A stretch of 64,000 bases of DNA from Octopus bimaculoides. Taxonomy: Eukaryota. The stretch is taken from contig NC_068981.1 in NCBI RefSeq assembly GCF_001194135.2, positions 95,283,512 to 95,347,511 of the forward strand, given 5' to 3'. Each line of letters starts with the position of its first letter. Position 1 is the first letter of the stretch. The notes under the pieces are model-generated. The model did not search any database. It was not told the origin of the DNA and saw only the letters and a list, made by a program, of their open reading frames with translations. Positions 26,626 through 38,804 of this stretch are shown here, one piece after another. The translations under genes were made by a program, and so were the position numbers.

Positions 26626-27682
26626 ATCTGAAGTAATCAGAGTATATCTAGAGAATATGATCAACTTGTGGGAGTGTTAAAACTCTAAGCAAGTGGAAAA
26701 TAATAGTGATACCATATGTAGTGCTGTAGTGACGGAGGATGTGGTAGCAAACCCCTTTATCTGGAAATATGGGAAAATAACTTATGCAAAACAATGTTCT
26801 TCACAGAAATGAAATTGTAAAATAGTGTTTTGAGATTAATTTAGAAATGATTATGAAAATTGTACAATGAATGGTAAAAACAGAAAAGATTTCTTCCTTC
26901 AAATATGCAGTTATGCCTTGATGTCTGCTAACCATAATAGGGTCCCCTTAAGTTCCACAGTCAGTTATGTTAGTAGAATTTATTTTTTTTATCCAGAAAA
27001 ACTTATATAATTTTAGTGTTAAAAAAAAAAACCCTTGCAATTTGTTGGTGTTACTTTTACAGTACTACTCAAAGTAATAACTCATTAGCCCTCAGAATAG
27101 TTTCAGCAATTCACAGAATAAACTGTTTCTCTTTTTGGAGTGTATTTCATATCAACAGACATTTCGCCTTTCGTGTAAAAGTGTGATTACTGATTAAGAT
27201 ACATCTGATTATCACTATAACATTATGAGAAACAATAAACAGCATCTCTGAAAAAATGATTCACCAAAGCTCTGTGACTTTCCCAACTTTAGTATGAATC
27301 TGCAAATTTTTTTTAATCAGTAATAAGACAGTTCTCAAATTTCTCTGATTTAAAAATTAAAAAAAAATTTCTAATGTATTGAACCTGTTTCTGAATTTGT
27401 TTGTTCATGTTTGTTTGTTTGTTAAATGCTAGACGTATGGTCTTTGAACATTTATCACAACTGTTTATACAAATGAATTTTCATAGCCTTATTGAAAAAT
27501 ATGTACTGGCAAAGTAAACTTAGAGGTAATAGTGTCTTATGGGAACAGGACTCATAACATAAATGATAGAAAAATTGAACCTTTTTTCTCATTAGATGCC
27601 ATTTTAGGGGTAGAAATTTTCAAATCAAAAATTTAATTCAAGCAATCTGATTACTAGCATTTAGTTTTGCACTTAATTTCAA

Positions 27683-27722
<40 letters not shown>

Positions 27723-27789
27723 CATCCTATATAAACAAACATAAGCTTGTCTTTTTAGCAGTATTGAAATGTATTGTAGGTTCATATAG

Positions 27790-28007
27790 NNNNNNNNNNN
27801 NNNNNNNNNNNNNNNNNNNNNNNNNNNNNNNNNNNNNNNNNNNNNNNNNNNNNNNNNNNNNNNNNNNNNNNNNNNNNNNNNNNNNNNNNNNNNNNNNNNN
27901 NNNNNNNNNNNNNNNNNNNNNNNNNNNNNNNNNNNNNNNNNNNNNNNNNNNNNNNNNNNNNNNNNNNNNNNNNNNNNNNNNNNNNNNNNNNNNNNNNNNN
28001 NNNNNNN
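27790..28007. other. Assembly gap flanked by (TA)n and (AC)n
   Basis: N run; (TA)n near 27688-27722 and (AC)n 28008-28074. Confidence 0.99.
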
Positions 28008-28076
<69 letters not shown>

Positions 28077-28556
28077 TATATATATATATATTTATTGTAT
28101 ATGTGTACTAGCTATGCATGCGGACTGTCAGTAGTTATCTGCCACTTCAGATATGCTGCAATGTGTGTTTAGTTTTGTACCTTTCATTGTACTTAGTAAC
28201 TTGGTTAGTAATACTAAAATATTGTCATCCATTGGCTTATTAAGTTTATACAAATGATTAGCTCAGTTGTCCTATAAACAATTAGTCACCCAACTGAACA
28301 GTGGCAGTAATTATAATGATGTATTTGTACATTAAAGTTATTTTATTTAGCATTTTGTATCCTTTGCATGATGTAATATGTCTGTTATTTAGTAGAATAA
28401 CAGAAACTGTTTCCTGTATAGAATAGATGCAATAATTTATTTTCATGTAAAGCATAGTGTAAAAATCTGAATCTAGTTGAAGATTACTATTCTGTATTGT
28501 ATTTCAGGAAAGGTTTATTATTTTTACCTTTTTCTCCCATTATTTGCATTAATCAG

Positions 28557-28847
28557 TGGAGGCGCAATGGCCCAGTGATTAGGGCAGCGGACTCGCGGTC
28601 ATCGGATCGCAGTTTCAATTCCCAGACCGGGCGTTGTGAGTGTTTATTGAGCGAAAACACCTAAAGCTCCATGAGGCTCCGGCAGGGGATGGTAGCGAAC
28701 CCTGCTGTACTCTTTCACCACAACTTTCTCTTACTTCCTGTTTCTGTTGTGCCTGTAATTCAAAGGGTCAGCCTTGTCACACTGTATCATGCTGAATATC
28801 CCCGAGAACTACGTTAAGGGTACACGTGTCTGTGGAGTGCTCAGCCA
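28557..28847 (+). mobile_element. tRNA-derived SINE family C (cut by gap)
   Basis: tggaggcgcaatggcccagtga.tagggcagcggactcgcgg head with A/B-box-like motifs; near-identical to 30318-30699. Confidence 0.9.
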
Positions 28848-29543
28848 NNNNNNNNNNNNNNNNNNNNNNNNNNNNNNNNNNNNNNNNNNNNNNNNNNNNN
28901 NNNNNNNNNNNNNNNNNNNNNNNNNNNNNNNNNNNNNNNNNNNNNNNNNNNNNNNNNNNNNNNNNNNNNNNNNNNNNNNNNNNNNNNNNNNNNNNNNNNN
29001 NNNNNNNNNNNNNNNNNNNNNNNNNNNNNNNNNNNNNNNNNNNNNNNNNNNNNNNNNNNNNNNNNNNNNNNNNNNNNNNNNNNNNNNNNNNNNNNNNNNN
29101 NNNNNNNNNNNNNNNNNNNNNNNNNNNNNNNNNNNNNNNNNNNNNNNNNNNNNNNNNNNNNNNNNNNNNNNNNNNNNNNNNNNNNNNNNNNNNNNNNNNN
29201 NNNNNNNNNNNNNNNNNNNNNNNNNNNNNNNNNNNNNNNNNNNNNNNNNNNNNNNNNNNNNNNNNNNNNNNNNNNNNNNNNNNNNNNNNNNNNNNNNNNN
29301 NNNNNNNNNNNNNNNNNNNNNNNNNNNNNNNNNNNNNNNNNNNNNNNNNNNNNNNNNNNNNNNNNNNNNNNNNNNNNNNNNNNNNNNNNNNNNNNNNNNN
29401 NNNNNNNNNNNNNNNNNNNNNNNNNNNNNNNNNNNNNNNNNNNNNNNNNNNNNNNNNNNNNNNNNNNNNNNNNNNNNNNNNNNNNNNNNNNNNNNNNNNN
29501 NNNNNNNNNNNNNNNNNNNNNNNNNNNNNNNNNNNNNNNNNNN
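28848..29543. other. Assembly gap
   Basis: Run of N. Confidence 0.99.
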
Positions 29544-30062
29544 CTATTCTGAAAGATACTCAGTTATACTTGCTTCATCTAGTCTACCAATTATTCTAAT
29601 GGTTTTTAAATGAAATGTTGTATCAAAATCCTTGCCATTTTGTCTAGATATATATATATATTTTCCTTCCTTTTCATTTTTGTAAAATACTGATGTTATA
29701 TTTAAAAAACAAAATGTTTGTTTAAAGAATTTTTTTAAAAAACTTTTGCTTTAAGAAATGTAATTCATATATAATACATTTTGGAATTGTTTTTTTTTTT
29801 TTTTATCAATATTTGTTTTAAAAAATAAGTTTTGTTCAAATTTTATAGGTTTAAATGTCTAAAAACACGAAGAATGGATTCTGTTTACATTCTGATAGGC
29901 AATGCAATTCCTGTAAATACCACACAGTTATCACTGATGTATTTATATTTTTTGATCATGATATATATTATCATGGTATAAATTACTATTACTATTTCTA
30001 CTACAATTTCAAATGTCATTTTGTACATTATGGATTTGTATCACACAATTTTTTTTTTTCAA

Positions 30063-30132
30063 AATAAATACCTGAATTAATAAAAAAAAGTGATTTATTT
30101 TATTTTATATTCTACTTTTTGTAAAAAATAAA
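30063..30132 (+). promoter_or_regulatory. Candidate polyadenylation signal cluster
   Basis: AATAAA at 30063, 30079 and 30127, upstream TGTA motifs, and a downstream GT/T-rich tract near 30255-30295. Confidence 0.4.
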
Positions 30133-30317
30133 AGATTGTTAGTTATAGGTTTCCAATTAACCAATCACTTGTCCCTGCATTTCTGATGGTTGGAATTGCA
30201 ATAGAGTGTCAATGCAATGTGGTTGGAATAAACACTGAAGTATTTTGTGTTTAATGTGTGGGTTTATTGGTTTTCTTGGTATGTATTTCTTTTACTGATA
30301 TACATATATGACAAGCT

Positions 30318-30699
30318 GTGGAGGCGCAATGGCCGAGCGTTTAGGGCAGCGGACTCGCGGTCATAGAATCGCAGTTTTGATTACCAGACTGGGCGTTGTG
30401 AGTGTTTGAGCGAAAACGCCTAAAGCTCCACAAGGCTCCAGCAGGGGATGGTGGCGAACTCTGCTGTACTCTTTCACCACAACTTTCTCTCACTCTCACT
30501 TCCTGTTTCTGTTGTGCCTGTAATTCAAAGGGTCAGCCTTGTCACACTGTGTCACGCTGAATATCTCCGAGAACTACGTTAAGGGTACACGTGTCTGTGG
30601 AGTGCTCAGCCACTTGCACGTTAATTTCACGAGCAGGCTGTTCCGTTGATCGGATCAACTGGAACCCTCGACGTCGTAAGTGACGGAGTGCCAACAACA
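30318..30699 (+). mobile_element. Full-length SINE family C with 12-bp TSD
   Basis: TSD atatgacaagct (30306-30317) / atatgaccagct (30700-30711), one mismatch; (CAA)n tail. Confidence 0.92.
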
Positions 30700-30792
30700 A
30701 TATGACCAGCTACTTTCTAACAAATTTTTTACTCACCAAGACATTGATCATACTGAAGCTGTGGTGGTAGAGGGGCCATAATATAACATTAA

Positions 30793-31172
30793 CTCTTCGC
30801 ATTTAAACTGGCCATATCCAACCGAAATATTCTGCTTTATGTTCAAACTGGCCTGATGTGGCCTCTCACATCAGCCCTACAATATCATTGCCAAAATTAA
30901 GTTACCTCATCAGAATCTTCAAATCTACAAGGTACTCTTTACTCTCTTTTACTCTTTTACTTGTTTGTCATTTGAATGCGGCCATGCTGGAGCACCGCCT
31001 TTAGTCGAGCAAATCGACCCCAGGACTTATTCTTTGTAAGGCTAGTACTTATTCTATTGGTCTCTTTGCCGAACCGCTAAGTTACGGGGATGTAAACACA
31101 CCACCATTGGTTGTCAAGCGATGTTGGGGGGACATAGACACACAAACATATACACACACACACACACATACG

Positions 31173-31233
<61 letters not shown>

Positions 31234-31464
31234 GACAGGCTTCTTTCAGTTTTCGTCTACCAAATTCACTCACAAGGCTTTGGTCGGCCTGATGCTATAA
31301 TAGAAAACACTTGCCCAAGACGCAGTGGGAATGAACCTGGAACCATGTGGTTGGTAAGCAAGCTACTTACCACACAGCCACTCCTGTGCCTAATGTATGA
31401 TTACTTGAAAACAATGTGACCAAATAAGCATTACTTTTGACAGATTCATGTGAATGGTGAAGAG
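30793..31464. mobile_element. TTAA-flanked (piggyBac-type) MITE interrupted by SINE B
   Basis: TTAA at 30789-30792 and 31465-31468. With the SINE removed, the two halves align collinearly to the reverse complement of 31816-32033. Confidence 0.7.
30933..31391 (-). mobile_element. Full-length SINE family B with central (CA)/(TA)n
   Basis: Reverse complement of ggagtggctgtgtggtaagtagcttgc... head through to the (aagagta)n tail. Confidence 0.92.
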
Positions 31465-31815
31465 TTAAACTCAGTTATATGGTTGCAAAAGGAATTTCTT
31501 AGCCGTACAGCAATTCTGTTCCTCAATTAATCTTAGCATATTATGTCTCAGGAGGCATCTGTGAATCAGTGCATTTCTGACTGTTCACAGTTCAATTTAC
31601 TTCGACTCAGAGTACTGATAAATACCAGAAATATGCTATGAACATGTTTTCAAGTTAACCTTGTTGATATTGTGCTTTACTAATGAATTTTGTTATTGTC
31701 ATATCTTGGTTGGGAGATGTCATAGCAGACATAATTGCCAACGTGAATAATTTAACTTAGAATTGTTGTAGGGAAATCACATGCATACACAGCCGTTGCA
31801 TTGAACATCTCTTAA

Positions 31816-32033
31816 CCCTTAGACATTCAAATTTCTTTGTTAAATGTATTGCTTATTTATTCACATTGTTATATGTTAATCAGGCATTATCTTGTAGCTT
31901 TGAGGTTTCAGTGGTGTGTTTGTATAATTTTAGAATGACATGGTAGTGTAGGTGTTAGTTTGGATCTGGTCAGTTTTAACATAAAGCAGGTAGAATATTT
32001 GGGCTGGATATGGCTGGATTAAGTGCTAAAGGG
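31816..32033. mobile_element. TTAA-flanked (piggyBac-type) MITE
   Basis: ttaa|CCCTT ... AAGGG|ttaa termini. Confidence 0.75.
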
Positions 32034-32369
32034 TTAAGCCTAGCCTCTCTTTAGTAGAAAAAATTACAAACTATCCTATAATAAATTCAGCTGGATCAGC
32101 TATCTTAATTAGCCTACCTATTAATATAGGTAGGCTATCATTATCAAAAGTTGTTGATATAGAAATGTTAGATGATCAACAAATTGGATACAGTATGTCC
32201 TAATTGCTACAGCCTACTTTTTAAATAACCTAACTTTGTCATTTAGCAGGACTTCTACTTCTCAAATTTTTTTCAACTATTTCTCCTTTCCTTTATTGCA
32301 ATGCCTCCTTGCTACTATTGTTTTTTATATACCTAGACCTATGACCCATTATTTTAAGAGGGAGTAGCC

Positions 32370-34055
32370 ACAACAAGACACACACCAGGCATTCCATTCA
32401 TTTCCCAGCTCAAAGAGGTGAGCCCTGTTCTATGCTCGGGTCAAGGCATAGAATGCAACCCCCAATATCAGCAGTGGGGCTCTGAAGCATATACTGGTTT
32501 ACCCCACGCTACTTCATGCTGGTTCCGTACTCCTTTGAGCATCATCAGATTCACTCATCCGTCCACAAACACTCTCCAAGCTTTCCTGTCATTTATAAAC
32601 TCTCTTGCCTCTCTCACTCCAACACCTCCAACCACCAAAGCTTTCCTCACTTCATCCATCCACACAAACTGAGGTCTGCCTCTGGTTCTGCTGCATACCA
32701 CTTCTGCCTTCATCACCCTCCTTATCATCCACTCCTCATCCATCCTCTCCATGTGGCCAAACCCCATCAACATTCGTCTATCCACTTTTGGTTGTTAGTT
32801 TTTCTCTCATTCCTGCTCGCTTTCGCACCTCCTCATTCCTGCTCGCTTTCGCACCTCCTCATTCCTTATCCTGCCCATCCATGTCACACCAACCGTAGCC
32901 CTCAGACATCTCACCTCAAACACATCTAGTCGCTTCCTTTCTGCCTCTCTCAGCTCCCACTTCTCTGTACCATGTAACATTGTCGGCACAATCATGCCCT
33001 TCTACACGCCTCTTTTTGCTTTCATACTCAACCTTTTATCCCTTAGCATACCTTTCACAACTCCAAGTATCTTACTCCCCTCCCTTACTCTGTATCCCTC
33101 TTCCTCAGACAACCCCACCATCTACTGTCACATGTGATCCCAGATACTTAAAAACACTCACCTCTAACATCTCACCATTTATACTTACATCCATCCTACC
33201 AGCCATTCCATCTCTTGAACATCTCATCACCTTACTCTCAGCTACATTCACTTTCAGTTTCCTCCTCTCACACACTCTTCCAAACTCCACCAGTCTCCTC
33301 AGTTGCTCTTCTGAATCTGCCACCAGTGCTGTATCATTAGCAAACAACCACCGGCTCACCTTCCATTTCTCCCCATTTTCACACTAAAATACACTTCCCA
33401 TCTCCTTTGTACATCCTCACTTCCTTTCAACAAATTTCTATTTACATCCTTCACCTTTTCTTCCCTTCCCCCACAACTACTTTTCTTACCCTCTGTACCT
33501 CTTTCCAAAACATCTTTTTATTTCTTACAAAATGTTCACCCAACTTTTCCCTCCGAACCTTTCACTTGCCTCCCCCTTCGCTACCCTCATCACTCTCTTT
33601 ACTCTCCTCTTCACTTCTCTGTAGTGACCATAAGCTTCTCCATCTCTTTTCTGCAACCACTCTTCAAAGGTCCTTTTCTTCTCTGCTACTGCATCCCTTA
33701 CCTACTCATTCCACCACTCACTACTTTTCCTCACACCCATTCCAACCACTCCTGTACCACATACTTCAGAAACACATCTCATTACTGTCTCTCTCTAAGC
33801 CTTTCACTCCTCCTCCACATCTCCCACCTCTCGTTTCTTAACCTGTTCATATTCACCTCTCAGCTCCTCTACATACTCCTGTTCCTTCTCTCTCCTATCC
33901 AGTTCACTCACCTTCACAACCTCTCTCCTCCCTGTCACTCGTTTAGAATTCCATTTTGAGCATACCTTCAACTTAACCTGTACTAAGAAGTGATCTGACA
34001 CTTCTCCACCTTCACCTCTCATTACATGCACATCCACCACCTTTTCTACCGCTCT
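32370..34055 (-). mobile_element. Decayed RTE LINE with internal deletion
   Basis: Endonuclease end (VSDHFLVQVKLKV, 33804-34040), RT (LFANDTALVADSEEQL...FKYLGS, 33105-33359) and C-terminal MLHGTEKW...GFGHMERM...RGRP; frameshifted. Confidence 0.92.
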
Positions 34056-34440
34056 CTTATCAATTGGGTATGACTATAAACTACATCCGGTAGTGGGACC
34101 CTGGGGCCCTGGTTTCAGGGTTTGAGGAGTGTGGAACCACCTCTTAGCCACTATTGATCCCAGGTCTACTCTGGCCCAGAGTGGTAGCACCTGTAAGGAT
34201 CCCAGCTATGGGTTAACTAGCAAACCTCACTGCGACTGGGGTGGTGGTCGGTAGAATGCGGTCGCCGTATTCCCTGCGTGGCGTAATAGGTGACTAAAAG
34301 GGGCGGGAATCCACTCCTATCAATTTTATATTCCTAAAAAATACAACCTTGCTACTACTCAACAAAATTAAATTCTCTGCAAAAAATTGCCAATGACTAG
34401 TTGATCACACTTCAGATACTATAGTCATCTCATCAAAATA

Positions 34441-35658
34441 TGAGGGTCGGCTAAAAAGTCCATAGGCTTAAAAAATACTCTCATGGAATGTGATCAAATG
34501 AGATTTATTTTTTAACATTGTTATTCTTGGAGTTCACACACTTCTTCCATCGGTGTTGCAGTGCTTCGATCCCATGGTTAAAAACGTCAACAGCAGATAT
34601 GACGTCATTATCACCGTGTAACTGGTTCCCAGCTAAGCGTTTTTTTTTTTCGTATTGGGGAACAGATGATAGTCAGATGGTGATCAAATCACTTCAAAGC
34701 CACGGTCATGCTCAGTAGCCATTGAAACCAACAGACTTGTGTGCTGGAGCATTGTCCTGATGAAGCAAGGTTCCTTTCGTTAATTTTCCTGGGCTTTGAT
34801 CTTGATAGCCTTTCATAATTGCATCAAGCTGGCATAATAATCTCTATTGATGGTGTGGCCCTTTTGAAGATAGTCAATAAATACAATACCTTTTGCATCC
34901 TCCAAAACTGAGGTCATCACCTTCCCTGCAGGTGAAACGACCCTGGCCTTCTTTGGAGGAGGTGAGGAGGAATGTTTCCATTGCATAGATTGTCTCTGGC
35001 TCAAAGTGACGAAGCCAACACTCATTCACTCATCCTGGGTTTATGGAAAGAAACTGGATTTGCCTCAAACAGTTTCAGATTTTCCCGTGGTGTGATCAGC
35101 TTGGTGCGCTTTTGATCAAGTGTCAGAAGACGTGGTGCTCACCGAGCAGGAACGTTTGTCATATTAAGTTCATTGTACAAAATATTCTGAACCCTTCCAC
35201 TGGATATGCTAATAGTACTGGCTATTTGATTTATAGTTAATCATCTGTCATCCGTCAGCATGTGAGAAACATGATCAATGTTTTTCTTGGTGGTGGCAGT
35301 TGCAGAACGTCCAGACGCTGGGTCATCTTAAAAAGACTTACCCTTCTTATAAATTCAGCTGTCCACTTTTGCACTTGATGAAACTGGAGCATCATCCCTT
35401 AATGTAGCAATCATGTCGGCATGAATGTCCTTGGGGGCTAAAACCTTTTCCTGAAGGTACTTGATAACATCACGATGCCAAATTTTGTTGATTTTTTTCA
35501 AGAGAAGTCCTAACTAGTTACATTTGAAGTCTCCTTTGAACAGTCAGATGTTCGTTTACCTGGAAAGGAATAGAGAATTTAAATTAATGCGCGCAAGATT
35601 TCACTGCTCTAGCATCACTCTTTTATAGTCAGCCTAGAAAAGTTTCAGCCCAGCCTCA
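34441..35658 (-). mobile_element. Full-length decayed mariner transposon
   Basis: TA at 34439-34440 and 35659-35660; imperfect ~28-bp TIRs (tgagggtcggctaaaaagtccataggct / agcctagaaaagtttcagcccagcctca). Transposase motifs R*APRLLT (WVPRLL), QWKHSSSPPPKKA, GIVFIDYLQKGHTIN, HQDNAPAH, SDYHLFP; stops and frameshifts. Confidence 0.93.
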
Positions 35659-35679
35659 TAATATGGAATGTCAAAACAT

Positions 35680-36060
35680 TTTGTTCACAAATAATACCTG
35701 ATGATTCACACACAATAAAAATTGGAAATATTTTTGAAAATTAGGACAATTAAAGAAGTGCAGCTTACAAATCCTCTTTGGATGGTGCTACTATTACCAT
35801 CACTCACAAATATCCTAGACCTGTATCCAAAACAGGCCATCCTTCACTAATATAATGGCTTTTCATCAGAACCATGAAGCTGCATAGTATTTGCTCAAAG
35901 CATCCCCAGTATCTATTTCTCAAATTCTTTATCTTCTGTCATCATCACTGTCTCATCCCACAAATCTTTTTGATCAATCTTTCCTCCCTAGAATAAAATC
36001 CCTCTGGAATTTCTTCCCTACAGAAGTTTTTCTAAAGGGCGTCAACCGGATACTGGTATA
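35680..36060 (+). mobile_element. CR1/L2-like LINE 3' fragment
   Basis: SFLPRIKSLWNFFPTEVF resembles the C-terminal SFFPRT..LWN.LP motif of CR1/L2 ORF2. Confidence 0.55.
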
Positions 36061-38089
36061 TATGAACATTAATCGGTGGTCATCAATATTAAAAGCTAGG
36101 CGAATATTAGGCATGAAAGCTGAAAGCCTCGACCAAATAACTAAAAATTTCAGCAACGTATTTATTGAGCTCAAAATCATATGATTTATTCTATTTTGAA
36201 ATCAATAGCAGCCTGGTGTGAGATATTGTATTAATTTCTAGTTGCTGCGACATCACTAAATTTACCCCATTTGTAAAGATATGAACGTTACAATATCCAA
36301 TTTCCTCATTATTTTAAAATGTATAAGTGAAAAAATTATACAAAAGAAACCAATGATTTCCACATTATATTAGAACCTGACTGAAACGATTTTTCCCGTT
36401 TTCTGTCCTTACTACTCTACTACAAACATACCTATTTTTTTGAACTCACAGGGTCAAATCTGTTTGATGCACCTGCTTTCTTTCTTGTCGCCAGTATCAT
36501 TCCATATCCCACAATCCCGTTTCCTCTAACTCTTTCTGCCGTAAACTGCATTCTTCTGGAACTCCCGCTTTATCTTTTACTTGTTTCAGTCATTGGACTG
36601 TGACCATGTTGGGGCACCGTTTTGAAGGGTTTTAGTCGAACGAATCGACTCTAATATTTATTTTTAAAGCCCGGTATTTGCTCTATCGATTATTTGCCGA
36701 ACTGTTAAGTTATGGAGACCTAAACAAACCAACACCGATTGTCAAGCGTCGAGGGTCGGGGACAAAGACATACACTGGCCAAAATAAGTTTTAAGACTGA
36801 TGATGACAGTTCTATTCCTTCATTAACTTGTTTTAAACAAAACTGTATAAAATTATTTTGCTTTCTACAGTTTATGTAGAACTTTTTTTCTCTTTCGAAT
36901 GATATACGCATTATAAATCTTTCTACAATTTCAATAATTTTAATGTGCAATTAATTCAAATGATGAAAAATTGACGGCAAAATAAGTTTAAGACCGTACC
37001 ACATTATTTTGTTTGTAGGGACCGTGCGATCAGAAGAGGTGACGAGGAATGGCTCCTTTAGTACATCGCACGGTCGATACAAATAAAAATATGAAAGAGG
37101 ATAAATGAGTATAAGTGTCAGAAGGAAAAGAGAGACACAACCGGTAGAAGGTTTAAGAGAACATTTTATTGATATATCAACTTGTGTGTCTGTGTGTGCG
37201 ACATATAAACATAATAATAGACAGGCCGTCATGTAAACAAAGTGTATGTGTACAAATATGGATGTATGTGTGTGCGATAAGTACAGAGCATAGAAAAGAG
37301 TCTATAATGACGTTAGAAGAAAGTCCAGAAACAACGATGATAAAATACCGGTTCGTATTCAAGGTATACAGTGGTTGAGGTGCTGTAACAAGCAGTTGAG
37401 GCCGCGTAGCAGAGCCGGGGAGAGGCACATGTGTAAGAAGTTGTGGCTTCAATGCTGCTGCCGGTTACTTGTTACAGGAGGTTGTCGCAGGTTGTATTTG
37501 CTGTTATCCATGGTGAAGTAATTCACAAACAGTGGGGAGATAGAACCTGTGTGAGCGTTGCTGGTGGTGTGTACATGGAGAAGTTGGTGTTATGCAAATT
37601 GATAAATCAAACGGATGGTCATATGGCTGGTCGTACTGCACTGTTTTGTTTAATAATCGAGCATTGTTACACATTAATTCGCTATGGGAAAGCGTCGTAG
37701 TATCAGCCCAGTTATTAGATCAAAGATCGATACCTACGGCTCGAACGTCTTTCATCGTAAGTTTGTTTAATTAGGATTTACCTAAGTTAAAAGACAGTGA
37801 CCAACTAGAAATGTGAAAGAACTCTAACATATTTTGATAATTTAACGTTAAGACTAATTTGATAACAATGAAAGGGTCCTAAGAAAAATAAGAGTGGTCT
37901 GTCGTCTCTTTTGTTATTAAGAGTTTATATTGAAAATGGCTGTTCCAAGAAGAGAAAGCAGAGTCCGAAGATGTGACTACTACTGTTGTTTGATTCTGTT
38001 AGAGAATGTTGTGCTCACCTTAGTATTTTAGTCCGACAGTTCGGATGATTGTGCGTGTGTGCATGTTTGCATACATACATACGGTCTCA

Positions 38090-38748
38090 AATCTGTATTA
38101 ATGTCATATGAAACAAATATTCACTATTGTGACACTGAAACAATATTTGCAGCAGAAGAAAGAGACCAGCAACTATCTTGCCCAAGTTTGTGACCACGAA
38201 ATCAATAATATAATTAAGAGAGTTAACGAACTTGAGAAGAGGTATAACATAAGAGCCGATACAGATCTCAAGAAGCATTGACAAAATCTATTTATCAGAG
38301 GAACAAAATATATTTTTAAAAAATGGACTAGTTTACGGAGCAGATAGTATATGGGTACTTGGTATGTAAAACACAAACCATAGAAAGGACTGATCATGTC
38401 AAGGGCTTAGCATGGAGTACAGACAAATTTATGACATCCTATTTCGAAGGCTACATCTACGCAATCCAAGAACAAGAAACCCCCGTCAAATAACTAGAAA
38501 ATAAAATGCAGAAAATGTTGACTGACAACAAATGTAGGCTGTGCAAAACCAAGACTGACGACATTAACCTCATTTTTGTCGACTGCAAGAGAATTTATTC
38601 CAGGTGGTAAGTAGCTTGCTAACCAACCACATGGTTCCGGGTTCAGTCCCTCTGCGTGGCACCTTGGGCAAGTGTCTTCTACTATAGCCTCGGGCCGACC
38701 AAAGCCTTGTGAGTGGATTTGGTAGACGGAAACTGAAAGAAGCCTGTC

Positions 38749-38804
<56 letters not shown>

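Larger units (their letters stand above)
17131..30160 (+). other. Putative 3' UTR of the NTE/sws gene (maximum extent)
   Basis: U/A-rich sequence after the stop with no recognisable coding exon; AATAAA at 17442, 22886, 23945 and a cluster at 30063-30132. Extent is inference. Confidence 0.35.

Noticed and set aside
28557-28640. tRNA gene (also at 30318, 38604, 59758)
   Set aside because: tRNA-like heads continue into SINE bodies, with repeated copies and TSDs; no intact acceptor stem.
27683-29613. Long ORFs full of X (also at 4346-5073 and 61909-62655)
   Set aside because: Artefacts of translating through N gaps.
36990-37760. Possible LTR-element remnant
   Set aside because: No TG..CA termini, PBS, PPT or gag/pol motif could be fixed.
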